Part shown: one piece after another, positions 1 to 11,129 of the stretch | How positions within the stretch are numbered: the stretch's first letter is position 1 | Layout of the letters: each line of letters begins with the position of its first letter | From: Eledone cirrhosa | Taxonomy: Eukaryota | Length of the DNA: 64,000 bases | Reading direction: 5' to 3' | Assembly: GCA_964016885.1 (NCBI GenBank) | Contig: OZ024763.1 | Location: 29,450,001-29,514,000, forward strand | Position numbers and translations under genes: made by a program | Notes under the pieces: model-generated | Seen by the model: the letters and a program-made list of their open reading frames with translations, nothing else | What the model was told of the DNA's origin: nothing | The model's database searches: none

Positions 1-112
1 CAAATCCCGCCGAGGTTAACTTTGCCTTTCATCCTTACGGGGGTCGATAAAATAAAGTTCCAGTAATGCACTGGGATAATTGCTGGCCTTGTGCCAAAAG
101 TAGAAACAATTA
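1..112 (+). mobile_element. tRNA-derived SINE family A, 3' part (cut by window edge)
   Basis: caaatcccgccgaggttaactttgcctttcatccttacg..ggtcgataaaataaag..cagtaatgcactggg..gctggccttgtgccaaaagtagaaacaat, matching about 20 other copies in the window. Confidence 0.9.
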
Positions 113-179
113 GTGAAAAAATGAGAGGAACAATTCTTTTTTTAAAAAAGGAGTTTTATAATGTATAGAAAATATAGAA

Positions 180-227
180 AATATAACCGGTTTCGATGCA
201 TCAGTGAAATTCAACTTATCAGATATT
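180..227 (-). ncRNA. decayed type-I hammerhead ribozyme motif in a PLE pLTR-like repeat (112-290; paralog 43028-43200)
   Basis: minus strand: aatat CTGATAA gttg..catc GAAA ccgg TT atatt; one core substitution versus CUGANGA. Confidence 0.55.
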
Positions 228-363
228 GAATATTACAATTAAAAGGAATTAACAAGAATCAAAAGTTTTAAATTTAATGTCGAAAGATGAACTCACCTTC
301 TTCAACACTTAATTTAAAACTTTTTATTCTTTAAGTATATTTTCCGTGCTATTTCCAATTCCA

Positions 364-477
<114 letters not shown>

Positions 478-543
478 GTAATAATAAAAATGTGAAGACT
501 AAATTCTTTGCTTAAACTTTAATCTGTTATTTTAATAAATATT

Positions 544-574
<31 letters not shown>

Positions 575-686
575 ATAGAAGTCATTTCTATAATGAAATA
601 ACTACACCTATAAACTAACGTATTGGTTACCTTTCTTAACTGGTATCACCTCCAGTTATACATCAGAAATCCACCTATACATACAT

Positions 687-756
<70 letters not shown>

Positions 757-815
757 TAACTAACAAAAATACAATGACCCATTCATATCTATATTCATCT
801 AATTATATATATAAA

Positions 816-1004
816 GGGCGGTGGATTGGCAGTATCGGTAGAGCGTCGGACGCCATGCTTTCCAGCATAGTTACGTCCCTTTACGATCTAAGTTCAAATC
901 CCGCCGAGGTTGACTTTGCCTTTCATCCTTACGGGGTCAATAAAATAAAGTACCAGTAATGCACTGGGTAATTGCTGGCCTTGTACCTAAAGTAGAAACA
1001 ATTA
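816..1004 (+). mobile_element. SINE family A, full length
   Basis: A-box-like tggcagtatcgg, B-box-like agttcaaatcc, conserved body gcctttcatccttacggggtc, tail gtagaaacaattat. Confidence 0.92.
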
Positions 1005-1194
1005 TATATATATGTATCTGTTAAGTTTCAGATAGAGAAAGATGTGAGGGAGGGCGAGAGGGTGAGTGACAGAGTATTGAGAATTATCAGGAACGTCTTT
1101 CCTGGTGATTTCTTACGAATGGAACAGTTCTATTCCTGTAGAAGTAATTACTATTGTGAAATAGCATATGCCTATATTCATCTAACGTAAAAAT

Positions 1195-1485
1195 AATTAT
1201 TTCTATGTTAGGCACAAGGCCAGCAATTACCCAGTGCATTACTGGTACTTTATTTTATCGACCTCGTAAGGATGAAAGGCAAAGTTAACCTTGGCGGGAT
1301 TTGAACTCATATACTAATACTGGTTTCTTATATAGGCACACGGCCAGTAATTTGGGGGGAAGGGAAAGTCGATTAAATCGACCCCAGTGCGTGACTGCTA
1401 CTTTATTGTATCGACCCCATAGGGATGAAAGGCAAAGTTAACCTCGGCGAGATTTGAACTCAGTACATAAAGGGCTGTAACTCTA
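1195..1485 (-). mobile_element. two adjacent 5'-truncated SINE family A copies (1195-1308; 1322-1485, alternative-tail variant)
   Basis: reverse-complement body ggatgaaaggcaaagttaacct..gatttgaactca occurs twice. Confidence 0.88.
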
Positions 1486-1590
1486 GTTAGGTTAGGTTAG
1501 GGTTGGGGGTTGTGGTTAGGGTTAGGGTTGGGTTGGGGTTAGGGTTGTGGTTAGGGTTGTGGTTAGGGTTGTGGTTAGGGTTAGGGTTAA
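1486..1590 (+). repeat. interstitial telomere-like repeat (TTAGGG and variants)
   Basis: ggttagggttagggtt, ttagggttgtgg and ttgggg units over about 105 bp. Confidence 0.8.
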
Positions 1591-1682
1591 TAATAAATAC
1601 AAAGACCAAAATCCGAAGACAGCTCGATAAGGATTGTGTGTATATATGTATATATATAGTTCCACAACAGTTAGTTCACCAT

Positions 1683-1725
1683 ACCGAGAACAAACGTTTC
1701 ACCTTATTCGGATCCTCAGCTCGGT
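1683..1725 (-). ncRNA. minimal type-I hammerhead-like motif (weak stem II)
   Basis: minus: accgag CTGAGGA tcc-gaataa-ggt GAAA c-gttt-g TT ctcggt; perfect 6-bp stem I, U.U at the base of stem II. Confidence 0.55.
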
Positions 1726-1929
1726 CTAAGTTGTACGGAAAAAAAAAAATATATATATATAATAAAGAAGGTATGGGAAGATACCAGGTGGACTATAATG
1801 CACCAAAGTACTAAATTCTTCGAGTAGTGAAGTGGGTAATAGGAAAAGAGTCAGCACCCTGAGCTGCGGATCTGAGTTCGGATCTAGCTATCGAAACAGC
1901 CGAAGGTCAGGCGTTGGAGCCATGACTCT

Positions 1930-1960
<31 letters not shown>

Positions 1961-1962
<2 letters not shown>

Positions 1963-2171
1963 CGATATTAAACAAATGGAAACTATATTTATAAAACCAT
2001 ATTTATTTCATTATATATATTTCAGGGATATCATATTAAAAATATGGTATGCCTTCCTCAGACAAAATACAATATATAAGCCGTTTTATAAATAAATTTG
2101 ACATACCTTAAAACAGTGCAACTTCCATTTAATGGTTTTATAAATATAGTTTCCATTTGTTTAATATCGTA
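1961..2171. repeat. foldback element, 40-bp perfect inverted arms (1961-2000 / 2132-2171)
   Basis: tacgatattaaacaaatggaaactatatttataaaaccat ... atggttttataaatatagtttccatttgtttaatatcgta, beside (TA)n. Confidence 0.9.
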
Positions 2172-2256
2172 AACCTACTCCAAAACCTGTTGAGTGCTTT
2201 TATATCAGTTATAAAATATTTACTCGTTGTAACCCAACAATTTTAAGTAAAACTTT

Positions 2257-2321
<65 letters not shown>

Positions 2322-2496
2322 GACTATCGGTTGCTTCCCTTTGTTTTCGTCGAGACTAAGTAAGTGACATAGTCACTACTTTAAGACTCATAGCGAATGG
2401 TCTTCAAAATGTTTTTAGATAAACATACAGCATATTATCAAATAAATATACTATACATACATTCATACATACATCGCTGTTTCAGAGCGCTGATAC

Positions 2497-2538
<42 letters not shown>

Positions 2539-3331
2539 TATATATACCCGTAGATCATATATATCTGTGTATGGGTTGGGGTGTCTGTGTGTGTGTGTGT
2601 ATGGGTGAATATATCAGCGGAATGTACAAAGCAGTGAGACAAAAACAATGTCAGGCAGTCGTCAAAGTGGACAAAAGAAAATTAGAAACGATCTGGTGTA
2701 TGTAACGACATACTTTCTAAATTATTATTATTTTTTTTTTTTTTTTTTGCCGAATCAGCACAATTTACGTCCTTATCAGACCCTTATTTATATATTTATT
2801 TATTTTTATTTATTATATATTCACTTTTCTGTTTTATTTATTTATCTATATATATATATTTATCTATACTCATTTATTGATATTTATTTATCAATTTTTA
2901 TATATATATATATATTTATTTAATTTATTCATTTATTTTTCTACTTATTTTCATATTTTTTATAATAATTTATTTATTTATTTACTTATTTATTTATTTA
3001 TTTATCAATCTGTTTATTATTTTTTTTTTATCTTGTAAATAAAGGTATGAAGAAAGAAAAAGAGATAAAAAAGCTTCCAAAATAACAAAACAAAAATAAG
3101 ATTTTGATATTCAAGATGGCCGTTATTTCTTTCATTTTTTTTTTTTCGTTCTTTCGTTTATAGATCTCAGATATGATCGCTGTGATCTAGATAAATGGCG
3201 CGCTGTTGGGTGGTATAGCATCATCATATTATCTCTCGGTCGTCTTCTTACACCCACCCGCCTACTCACCTTGTTTTTTTCTGTCTTTGACTGAGTGTTA
3301 GTTGGTCTCTATGTGTGTGTGTGTAAATATT

Positions 3332-3364
<33 letters not shown>

Positions 3365-3425
3365 TTGTGCGTGTGTGTGTATGTATGTATGTGTATATGT
3401 AAATATATATATATTTATATATTTA

Positions 3426-3458
<33 letters not shown>

Positions 3459-3615
3459 TTATACACATATATATTTATATATATAAATATATATATATGT
3501 ATGTATGTATGTATAGATGTGTGTATGTATGTATATGCATATATACGCATGTATGTATGTATATAAGTATTCATCTACGTATGTAAATATCTATGTAGGA
3601 ATGTTCACATATATG

Positions 3616-3654
<39 letters not shown>

Positions 3655-3719
3655 TATGTTTGTATGTATGTCTCTATTTATGAATGTGTATGTGTATATG
3701 TATGTATCTATTTTTGTAA

Positions 3720-3776
<57 letters not shown>

Positions 3777-3876
3777 AGTATTCGGTGTATGTATGTATAT
3801 CTGCTTCTCTATGTCTCCTGGATTATCTCTTTATCTCTCTATCTCCTACCCCCTCTTTCTCTCTTCCCTTTCTCTC

Positions 3877-3939
<63 letters not shown>

Positions 3940-4351
3940 CTCTCTCTCTCTCTTACTCTCTCTCTCTCTCCCAGCTCACCCTCTCATGCACTTTCAAAAC
4001 TTTATCTATCTGAAACTTAACAGATATCTATATTTATCTAATTATATATATGAATGCATGATTTTATATACACTTCTATGTCTATATGCATATTAGTATA
4101 TTAGTACGTATATATGTTAACATGTTATTATGTATATATGTATGTTAGTATGTATGTATTTTTATGTATATGTATGTAAATATTTATATATGCCTGATCG
4201 CCGAATGGTAAAGAAGTTCGATTCACAATCATAAGATCCTGATTTGATAAAAATTGGACGTTAACTAAACATGTATTGATATGTACTCACCATGTATATA
4301 TATATATTTATATATATATATATATATATATAGAATGTAGAGAAGTGACAC

Positions 4352-4401
<50 letters not shown>

Positions 4402-4500
4402 ATAGTAAAATCGAAAAGAAGAGTAGAAAATGCTAAAAGGATTTTCTCTCAGAATATCAGCAAAATATTTATTTACAAAATAGGAACTTCCGCATTATTT

Positions 4501-4535
4501 GTACCGGTTTCAGCTTGTAGGCTTCTTCATACGAC
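4501..4535 (-). ncRNA. decayed hammerhead motif in a (TA)n-flanked pLTR-like fragment
   Basis: minus: ATGAAGA agc-ctacaa-gct GAAA ccgg TA; first core base mutated, stem I poor. Confidence 0.45.
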
Positions 4536-4799
4536 GGAAAAGTATAATGCAGTTAGATTGCATATTAATAAGAATAATAAAAATATGGAGGAAAAATTAT
4601 GGGGAAAAAATTGCAAACTTGACTGTCACCACAGAATATGAACCTGAAGATTGCGAAAGCATGAAAGTACTTGTTCAATTAACACTTAAAACTTAACATT
4701 TAATATTCTACCATACTATTTCATTCTAATACCATTATAAATTTTAAAGGATTGTAAATAAAACAAGTAAATCAGACAAAGTTGGAATTCCTTTTATTA

Positions 4800-4832
<33 letters not shown>

Positions 4833-4840
4833 TGTATGTA

Positions 4841-4960
4841 TATAATAACTAGAAATTGATTAACATATAAATAAACATGAATAATCACAGGAGATAATTT
4901 TTACAAGTGTGTAAGATTATTCATGTTTATTTATATGTTAATCAATTTCTAGTTATTATA
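4841..4960. repeat. foldback element, 46-bp perfect inverted arms (4841-4886 / 4915-4960)
   Basis: tataataactagaaattgattaacatataaataaacatgaataatc ... gattattcatgtttatttatatgttaatcaatttctagttattata. Confidence 0.9.
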
Positions 4961-5468
4961 AAATGCTCGGACCTACTCGTTAGAATCTTAGAGCTTATTT
5001 TGCGGGTGATATGGCGCATGTCTTTCTGGCATGACACCCATAATTTTGATTTAGATTAAATTCATTTGATTTATCTTAATTTTGGATATAGATATATATA
5101 TATGTATATATATATATATGTATATATAGTGTTGTGTGTGTGCAACCAAACAAGTATTAAAAAATAAACAACGTTTCTTGGCTCTCTTTCTATTATAAGC
5201 AAACGAGCCGCCGCTAATTTGCTATTTAAAGGAGGTGGTCCTATGTCTGACACATTGTTTACTCTGAAACAACATTCTTATTTATCTCCCCTTCCTTTTC
5301 TTCTCCCCTCCCTTTTCCTGTCGTGTATTGTATTATCATCCTCTTTTTCTTCCTCTTCTTTTGTTGTTGTTGTTCGTCTTCATCCTTTTCTTTTGTTTCT
5401 TCTTCTCCTCCTTTTCCTCCTTGTTCTTTCTGTTGTTTTCTTCGTCTTCTTCTTTCTCTTGTGTATAT

Positions 5469-8400
5469 TTATTGGGGATATTGTTTCTTCCCTATGTGTG
5501 AGTGGATGTGAGGAAATAGTTGTGGTGTGGTGGTGCTGGTGGTAGTGGTGGTGCTAGTGTTAGTGGTTGTGGTGGTGCTAGTGTTAGTAGTGTTGCTAGT
5601 GTTAGTGGTGTTGCTAGTGGTTGTGGTGGTGCTAGTGGTAGTGGTTGTGGTGGTGCTAGTGTTAGTGGTTGTGGTGGTGCTAGTGTTAGTAGTGTTGCTA
5701 GTGTTAGTGGTGTTGCTAGTGGTTGTGGTGGTGCTAGTGTTAGTGGTGTTGCTAGTGGTTGTGGTGGTGCTAGTGGTAGTGGTTGTGGTGGTGCTAGTGT
5801 TAGTGGTGTTGCTAGTGGTTGTGGTGTTGCTAGTGTTAGTGGTGTTGCTAGTGTTAGTGGTGTTGCTAGTGTTAGTGGTGTTGCTAGTGGTTGTGGTGGT
5901 GCTAGTGTTAGTGGTGTTGCTAGTGTTAGTGGTGTTGCTAGTGTTAGTGGTGTTGCTAGTGGTTGTGGTGTTGCTAGTGGTTGTGGTGTTGCTAGTGGTT
6001 GTGGTGGTGCTAGTGGTAGTGGTTGTGGTGGTGCTAGTGTTAGTGGTGTTGCTAGTGTTAGTGGTGTTGCTAGTGTTAGTGGTTGTGGTGGTGCTAGTGT
6101 TAGTGGTTGTGGTGGTGCTAGTGTTAGTGGTGTTGCTAGTGTTAGTGGTGTTGCTAGTGGTTGTGGTGTTGCTAGTGTTAGTGGTGTTGCTAGTGGTTGT
6201 GGTGGTGCTAGTGGTAGTGGTTGTGGTGGTGCTAGTGTTAGTGGTGTTGCTAGTGTTAGTGGTGTTGCTAGTGTTAGTGGTTGTGGTGGTGCTAGTGTTA
6301 GTGGTGTTGCTAGTGTTAGTGGTTGTGGTGGTGCTAGTGTTAGTGGTGTTGCTAGTGTTAGTGGTTGTGGTGGTGCTAGTGTTAGTGGTGTTGCTAGTGT
6401 TAGTGGTGTTGCTAGTGGTTGTGGTGTTGCTAGTGTTAGTGGTGTTGCTAGTGGTTGTGGTGGTGCTAGTGGTAGTGGTTGTGGTGGTGCTAGTGTTAGT
6501 GGTGTTGCTAGTGTTAGTGGTGTTGCTAGTGTTAGTGGTGTTGCTAGTGGTTGTGGTGGTGCTAGTGGTAGTGGTTGTGGTGGTGCTAGTGTTAGTGGTG
6601 TTGCTAGTGGTTGTGGTGGTGCTAGTGGTAGTGGTTGTGGTGGTGCTAGTGTTAGTGGTGTTGCTAGTGTTAGTGGTGTTGCTAGTGGTTGTGGTGGTGC
6701 TAGTGGTAGTGGTTGTGGTGGTGCTAGTGTTAGTGGTGTTGCTAGTGTTAGTGGTGTTGCTAGTGGTTGTGGTGGTGCTAGTGGTTGTGGTTGTGGTGGT
6801 GCTAGTGTTAGTGGTGTTGCTAGTGGTTGTGGTGGTGCTAGTGGTAGTGGTTGTGGTGGTGCTAGTGTTAGTGGTTGTGGTGGTGCTAGTGTTAGTGGTG
6901 TTGCTAGTGTTAGTGGTGTTGCTAGTGTTAGTGGTGTTGCTAGTGGTTGTGGTGTTGCTAGTGTTAGTGGTTGTGGTGGTGCTAGTGTTAGTGGTGTTGC
7001 TAGTGTTAGTGGTGTTGCTAGTGTTAGTGGTGGTGCTAGTGGTAGTGGTTGTGGTGGTGCTAGTGTTAGTGGTGTTGCTAGTGTTAGTGGTGTTGCTAGT
7101 GTTAGTGGTTGTGGTGGTGCTAGTGTTAGTGGTGTTGCTAGTGTTAGTAGTGTTGCTAGTGTTAGTGGTGTTGCTAGTGGTTGTGGTGGTGCTAGTGGTA
7201 GTGGTTGTGGTGTTGCTAGTGTTAGTGGTGTTGCTAGTGTTAGTGGTGTTGCTAGTGGTTGTGGTGGTGCTAGTGGTAGTGGTTGTGGTGTTGCTAGTGT
7301 TAGTGGTGTTGCTAGTGGTTGTGGTGGTGCTAGTGGTAGTGGTTGTGGTGGTGCTAGTGTTAGTGGTGTTGCTAGTGTTAGTGGTGTTCCTAGTGGTTGT
7401 GGTGGTGCTAGTGGTAGTGGTTGTGGTGGTGCTAGTGTTAGTGGTGTTGCTAGTGTTAGTGGTGTTGCTAGTGTTAGTGGTGTTGCTAGTGGTTGTGGTG
7501 GTGCTAGTGGTAGTGGTTGTGGTGGTGCTAGTGTTAGTGGTGTTGCTAGTGGTTGTGGTGGTGCTAGTGGTAGTGGTTGTGGTGGTGCTAGTGTTAGTGG
7601 TGTTGCTAGTGTTAGTGGTGTTGCTAGTGGTTGTGGTGGTGCTAGTGGTTGTGGTGGTGCTAGAGGTAGTGGTTGTGGTGGTGCTAGTGTTAGTGGTGTT
7701 GCTAGTGTTAGTGGTGTTGCTAGTGGTTGTGGTGGTGCTAGTGTTAGTGGTGTTGCTAGTGTTAGTGGTGTTGCTAGTGGTTGTGGTGGTGCTAGTGGTT
7801 GTGGTGGTGCTAGTGGTAGTGGTTGTGGTGGTGCTAGTGGTAGTGGTGTTGCTAGTGTTAGTGGTGTTGCTAGTGGTTGTGGTGGTGCTAGTGGTAGTGG
7901 TTGTGGTGGTGCTAGTGTTAGTGGTGTTGCTAGTGTTAGTGGTGTTGCTAGTGGTTGTGGTGGTGCTAGTGGTAGTGGTTGTGGTGGTGCTAGTGGTAGT
8001 GGTGTTGCTAGTGTTAGTGGTGTTGCTAGTGGTTGTGGTGGTGCTAGTGGTTGTGGTGGTGCTAGTGTTAGTGGTGTTGCTAGTGTTAGTGGTGTTGCTA
8101 GTGGTTGTGGTGGTGCTAGTGTTAGTGGTGTTGCTAGTGTTAGTGGTGTTGCTAGTGGTTGTGGTGGTGCTAGTGGTTGTGGTGGTGCTAGTGGTAGTGG
8201 TTGTGGTGGTGCTAGTGGTAGTGGTGTTGCTAGTGTTAGTGGTGTTGCTAGTGGTTGTGGTGGTGCTAGTGGTAGTGGTTGTGGTGGTGCTAGTGTTAGT
8301 GGTGTTGCTAGTGTTAGTGGTGTTGCTAGTGGTTGTGGTGGTGCTAGTGGTAGTGGTTGTGGTGGTGCTAGTGTTAGTGGTGTTGCTAGTGTTAGTGGTG

Positions 8401-11066
8401 TTGCTAGTGGTTGTGGTGGTGCTAGTGGTCGTGGTGGTGCTAGTGCTAGTGTTAGTGGTGTTGCTAGTGTTAGTGGTGTTGCTAGTGGTTGTGGTGGTGC
8501 TAGTGGTAGTGGTTGTGGTGGTGCTAGTGTTAGTGGTGTTGCTAGTGTTAGTGGTGTTGCTAGTGGTTGTGGTGGTGCTAGTGGTAGTGGTTGTGGTGGT
8601 GCTAGTGTTAGTGGTGTTGCTAGTGGTTGTGGTGGTGCTAGTGGTAGTGGTGTTGCTAGTGTTAGTGGTGTTGCTAGTGGTTGTGGTGGTGCTAGTGGTA
8701 GTGGTTGTGGTGGTGCTAGTGTTAGTGGTGTTGCTAGTGTTAGTGGTGTTGCTAGTGTTAGTGGTGTTGCTAGTGGTTGTGGTGGTGCTAGTGGTAGTGG
8801 TTGTGGTGGTGCTAGTGTTAGTGGTATTGCTAGTGGTTGTGGTGGTGCTAGTGGTAGTGGTGTTGCTAGTGTTAGTGGTGTTGCTAGTGGTTGTGGTGGT
8901 GCTAGTGGTAGTGGTTGTGGTGGTGCTAGTGTTAGTGGTGTTGCTAGTGGTTGTGGTGGTGCTAGTGGTAGTGGTGTTGCTAGTGTTAGTGGTGTTGCTA
9001 GTGGTTGTGGTGGTGCTAGTGGTAGTGGTTGTGGTGGTGCTAGTGTTAGTGGTGTTGCTAGTGGTTGTGGTGGTGCTAGTGTTAGTGGTGTTGCTAGTGT
9101 TAGTGGTGTTGCTAGTGTTAGTGGTGTTGCTAGTGTTAGTGGTGTTGCTAGTGGTTGTGGTGGTGCTAGTGTTAGTGGTGTTGCTAGTGTTAGTGGTGTT
9201 GCTAGTGTTAGTGGTGTTGCTAGTGTTAGTGGTGTTGCTAGTGGTTGTGGTGGTGCTAGTGTTAGTGGTGTTGCTAGTGTTAGTGGTGTTGCTAGTGTTA
9301 GTGGTGTTGCTAGTGGTTGTGGTGGTGCTAGTGTTAGTGGTGTTGCTAGTGTTAGTGGTGTTGCTAGTGTTAGTGGTGTTGCTAGTGTTAGTGGTGTTGC
9401 TAGTGGTTGTGGTGTTGCTAGTGGTTGTGGTGGTGCTAGTGTTAGTGGTGTTGCTAGTGTTAGTGGTGTTGCTAGTGTTAGTGTTAGTGGTGTTGCTAGT
9501 GGTTGTGGTGGTGCTAGTGGTAGTGGTTGTGGTGGTGCTAGTGTTAGTGGTGTTGCTAGTGTTAGTGGTGTTGCTAGTGTTAGTGGTGTTGCTAGTGTTA
9601 GTGGTGTTGCTAGTGGTTGTGGTGGTGCTAGTGTTAGTGGTGTTGCTAGTGTTAGTGGTGTTGCTAGTGTTAGTGGTGTTGCTAGTGTTAGTGGTGTTGC
9701 TAGTGGTTGTGGTGGTGCTAGTGTTAGTGGTGTTGCTAGTGTTAGTGGTGTTGCTAGTGTTAGTGGTGTTGCTAGTGTTAGTGGTGTTGCTAGTGGTTGT
9801 GGTGGTGCTAGTGTTAGTGGTGTTGCTAGTGTTAGTGGTGTTGCTAGTGTTAGTGGTGTTGCTAGTGTTAGTGGTGTTGCTAGTGTTAGTGGTGTTGCTA
9901 GTGGTTGTGGCGGTGCTAGTGTTAGTGGTGTTGCTAGTGTTAGTGGTGTTGCTAGTGTTAGTGGTGTTGCTAGTGTTAGTGGTTGTGGTGGTGCTAGTGT
10001 TAGTGGTTTTGCTAGTGTTAGTGGTGTTGCTAGTGTTAGTGGTGTTGCTAGTGTTAGTGGTGTTGCTAGTGTTAGTGGTGTTGCTAGTGGTTGTGGTGGT
10101 GCTAGTGTTAGTGGTGTTGCTAGTGTTAGTGGTGTTGCTAGTGTTAGTGGTGTTGCTAGTGGTTGTGGTGGTGCTAGTGGTAGTGGTTGTGGTGGTGCTA
10201 GTGTTAGTGGTGGTGCTAGTGTTAGTGGTGTTGCTAGTGTTAGTGGTGTTGCTAGTGGTTGTGGTGGTGCTAGTGGTAGTGGTTGTGGTGGTGCTAGTGT
10301 TAGTGCTGTTGCTAGTGGTTGTGGTGGTGCTAGTGGTAGTGGTTGTGGTGGTGCTAGTGTTAGTGGTGTTGCTAGTGGTTGTGGTGGTGCTAGTGTTAGT
10401 GGTGGTGCTAGTGGTGCTTATGGTGTGTGGGTGGTGGTTGTTGCTCGAGGTAGTGGTGGTTGTAGTGTTAGTGGTGGTGCTAGTGGTAGAGGTGGTGTTA
10501 GTGTTAGTGGTGGTGCTAGTGGTAGTTGTAGTTGTGGTGCTAATGGTGCTTATGGTGTGTTGGTGGTTGCTGTTGCTCGAGGTAGTGGTGGTGCTGGTGT
10601 TAGTGGTAGTGGTGGTGTTGGTGGTATTGATGGTGATAGTGTTAGTGGTGGAGGTGGTGATTGTTGGAGTTAGTAGTGGTGCTAGTGTTAGAAGAGGTGC
10701 TGGAAGTAGTGGTGGTGGTGCTAGTGCTAGTGGCGGTGCTGGTGTTAGTGTTAATGGTAGTGCTTTAATAAGTGGTAGTGCTAGAGGTAATGTTGATAGT
10801 TGTGGTGGTTGTGGTGCTAGCGTTAGTGGTGATGCTGCAGGTAGTGATGGTGCTAGAGCTACTAGTGGTGGTGGTGTTGGAGGTAGTGGTGCTGGAGGTA
10901 GTAGTGGTGCTAGTGTTGGTGGTGGTGCTGCAGGTAGTGATGGTGCTAGAGCTACTAGTGGTGGTGGTGCTGGAGGTAGTAGTGGTGCTAGTGTTAGTGG
11001 TGGCAAGGAAGCAAGTTGTAGTTTACAATATAGAAGTATAGTACCAATATATTTCCGGTCCACCAC
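5469..11066 (-). CDS. possible mucin-like Thr/Asn/Ser-rich ORF (coding status doubtful)
   Basis: 1865-aa open frame of NTSNTT/TTSTTT repeats; no recognisable non-repetitive domain; the first ~130 aa read the repeat in a different frame. Confidence 0.15.
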   Translation of the reverse strand: MVDRKYIGTILLYCKLQLASLPPLTLAPLLPPAPPPLVALAPSLPAAPPPTLAPLLPPAPLPPTPPPLVALAPSLPAASPLTLAPQPPQLSTLPLALPLIKALPLTLTPAPPLALAPPPLLPAPLLTLAPLLTPTITTSTTNTITINTTNTTTTTNTSTTTTSSNSNHQHTISTISTTTTTTTSTTTNTNTTSTTSTTTNTTTTTTSSNNHHPHTISTTSTTTNTSTTTTTSNTTNTSTTTTTTTSTTTTTSNSTNTSTTTTTTTSTTTTTSNTTNTSNTTNTSTTTNTSTTTTTTTSTTTTTSNTTNTSNTTNTSNTTNTSTTTTTSNTTNTSNTTNTSNTTNTSNTTNTSKTTNTSTTTTTNTSNTTNTSNTTNTSNTTNTSTATTTSNTTNTSNTTNTSNTTNTSNTTNTSNTTNTSTTTTTSNTTNTSNTTNTSNTTNTSNTTNTSTTTTTSNTTNTSNTTNTSNTTNTSNTTNTSTTTTTSNTTNTSNTTNTSNTTNTSNTTNTSTTTTTTTSTTTTTSNTTNTNTSNTTNTSNTTNTSTTTTTSNTTTTSNTTNTSNTTNTSNTTNTSNTTNTSTTTTTSNTTNTSNTTNTSNTTNTSTTTTTSNTTNTSNTTNTSNTTNTSNTTNTSTTTTTSNTTNTSNTTNTSNTTNTSNTTNTSTTTTTSNTTNTSTTTTTTTSTTTTTSNTTNTSNTTTTSTTTTTSNTTNTSTTTTTTTSTTTTTSNTTNTSNTTTTSTTTTTSNTTNTSTTTTTTTSTTTTTSNTTNTSNTTNTSNTTNTSTTTTTTTSTTTTTSNTTNTSNTTTTSTTTTTSNTTNTSTTTTTTTSTTTTTSNTTNTSNTTNTSTTTTTTTSTTTTTSNTTNTSNTTNTSTSTTTTTSTTTTTSNTTNTSNTTNTSTTTTTTTSTTTTTSNTTNTSNTTNTSTTTTTTTSTTTTTSNTTNTSNTTTTSTTTTTTTSTTTTTSTTTTTSNTTNTSNTTNTSTTTTTSNTTNTSNTTNTSTTTTTSTTTTTSNTTNTSNTTTTSTTTTTTTSTTTTTSNTTNTSNTTNTSTTTTTTTSTTTTTSNTTNTSNTTTTSTTTTTTTSTTTTTSTTTTTSNTTNTSNTTNTSTTTTTSNTTNTSNTTNTSTTTTTTSSTTTTTSTTTTTSNTTNTSNTTNTSTTTTTTTSTTTTTSNTTNTSTTTTTTTSTTTTTSNTTNTSNTTNTSNTTNTSTTTTTTTSTTTTTRNTTNTSNTTNTSTTTTTTTSTTTTTSNTTNTSNTTTTTTSTTTTTSNTTNTSNTTNTSNTTTTTTSTTTTTSNTTNTSNTTNTSNTTNTSTTTTTNTSNTTNTSNTTNTSTTTTTTTSTTTNTSNTTNTSNTTNTSTTTTTNTSNTTTTSNTTNTSNTTNTSNTTNTSTTTTTNTSTTTTTTTSTTTTTSNTTNTSTTTTTTTSTTTTTSNTTNTSNTTNTSTTTTTTTSTTTTTSNTTNTSNTTNTSTTTTTTTSTTTTTSNTTNTSTTTTTTTSTTTTTSNTTNTSNTTNTSNTTNTSTTTTTTTSTTTTTSNTTNTSNTTTTSNTTNTSNTTNTSTTTTTNTSNTTNTSTTTTTNTSNTTNTSTTTTTNTSNTTNTSNTTNTSTTTTTTTSTTTTTSNTTNTSNTTTTSNTTNTSNTTNTSTTTTTNTSTTTTTNTSNTTNTSNTTNTSTTTTTTTSTTTTTSNTTTTSNTTTTSNTTNTSNTTNTSNTTNTSTTTTTSNTTNTSNTTNTSNTTNTSNTTTTSNTTNTSTTTTTTTSTTTTTSNTTNTSTTTTTSNTTNTSNTTNTSTTTTTNTSTTTTTTTSTTTTTSNTTNTSNTTNTSTTTTTNTSTTTTTSTTTPQLFPHIHSHIGKKQYPQ
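5521..11003. repeat. 5.5-kb modular minisatellite of 18/24-bp units
   Basis: gctagtgttagtggtgtt, gctagtggttgtggtggt and gctagtggtagtggttgtggtggt in shuffled order; homogeneous to about 10410, then degenerate. Confidence 0.97.
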
Positions 11067-11129
11067 TGATGAGTCGGTTGTTTCGAAACCCTTTGTTTGC
11101 CTTCTTTATTTTTTGTTTATGTCAATAAT

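Noticed and set aside
3110-3205. YY1-like aagatggc/aaatggcg motifs (also near 42265 and 50980)
   Set aside because: Short motifs with no supported downstream gene.
11045-11092. ctgatgag...cgaaac hammerhead-like words
   Set aside because: No convincing stem I, II or III can be formed.
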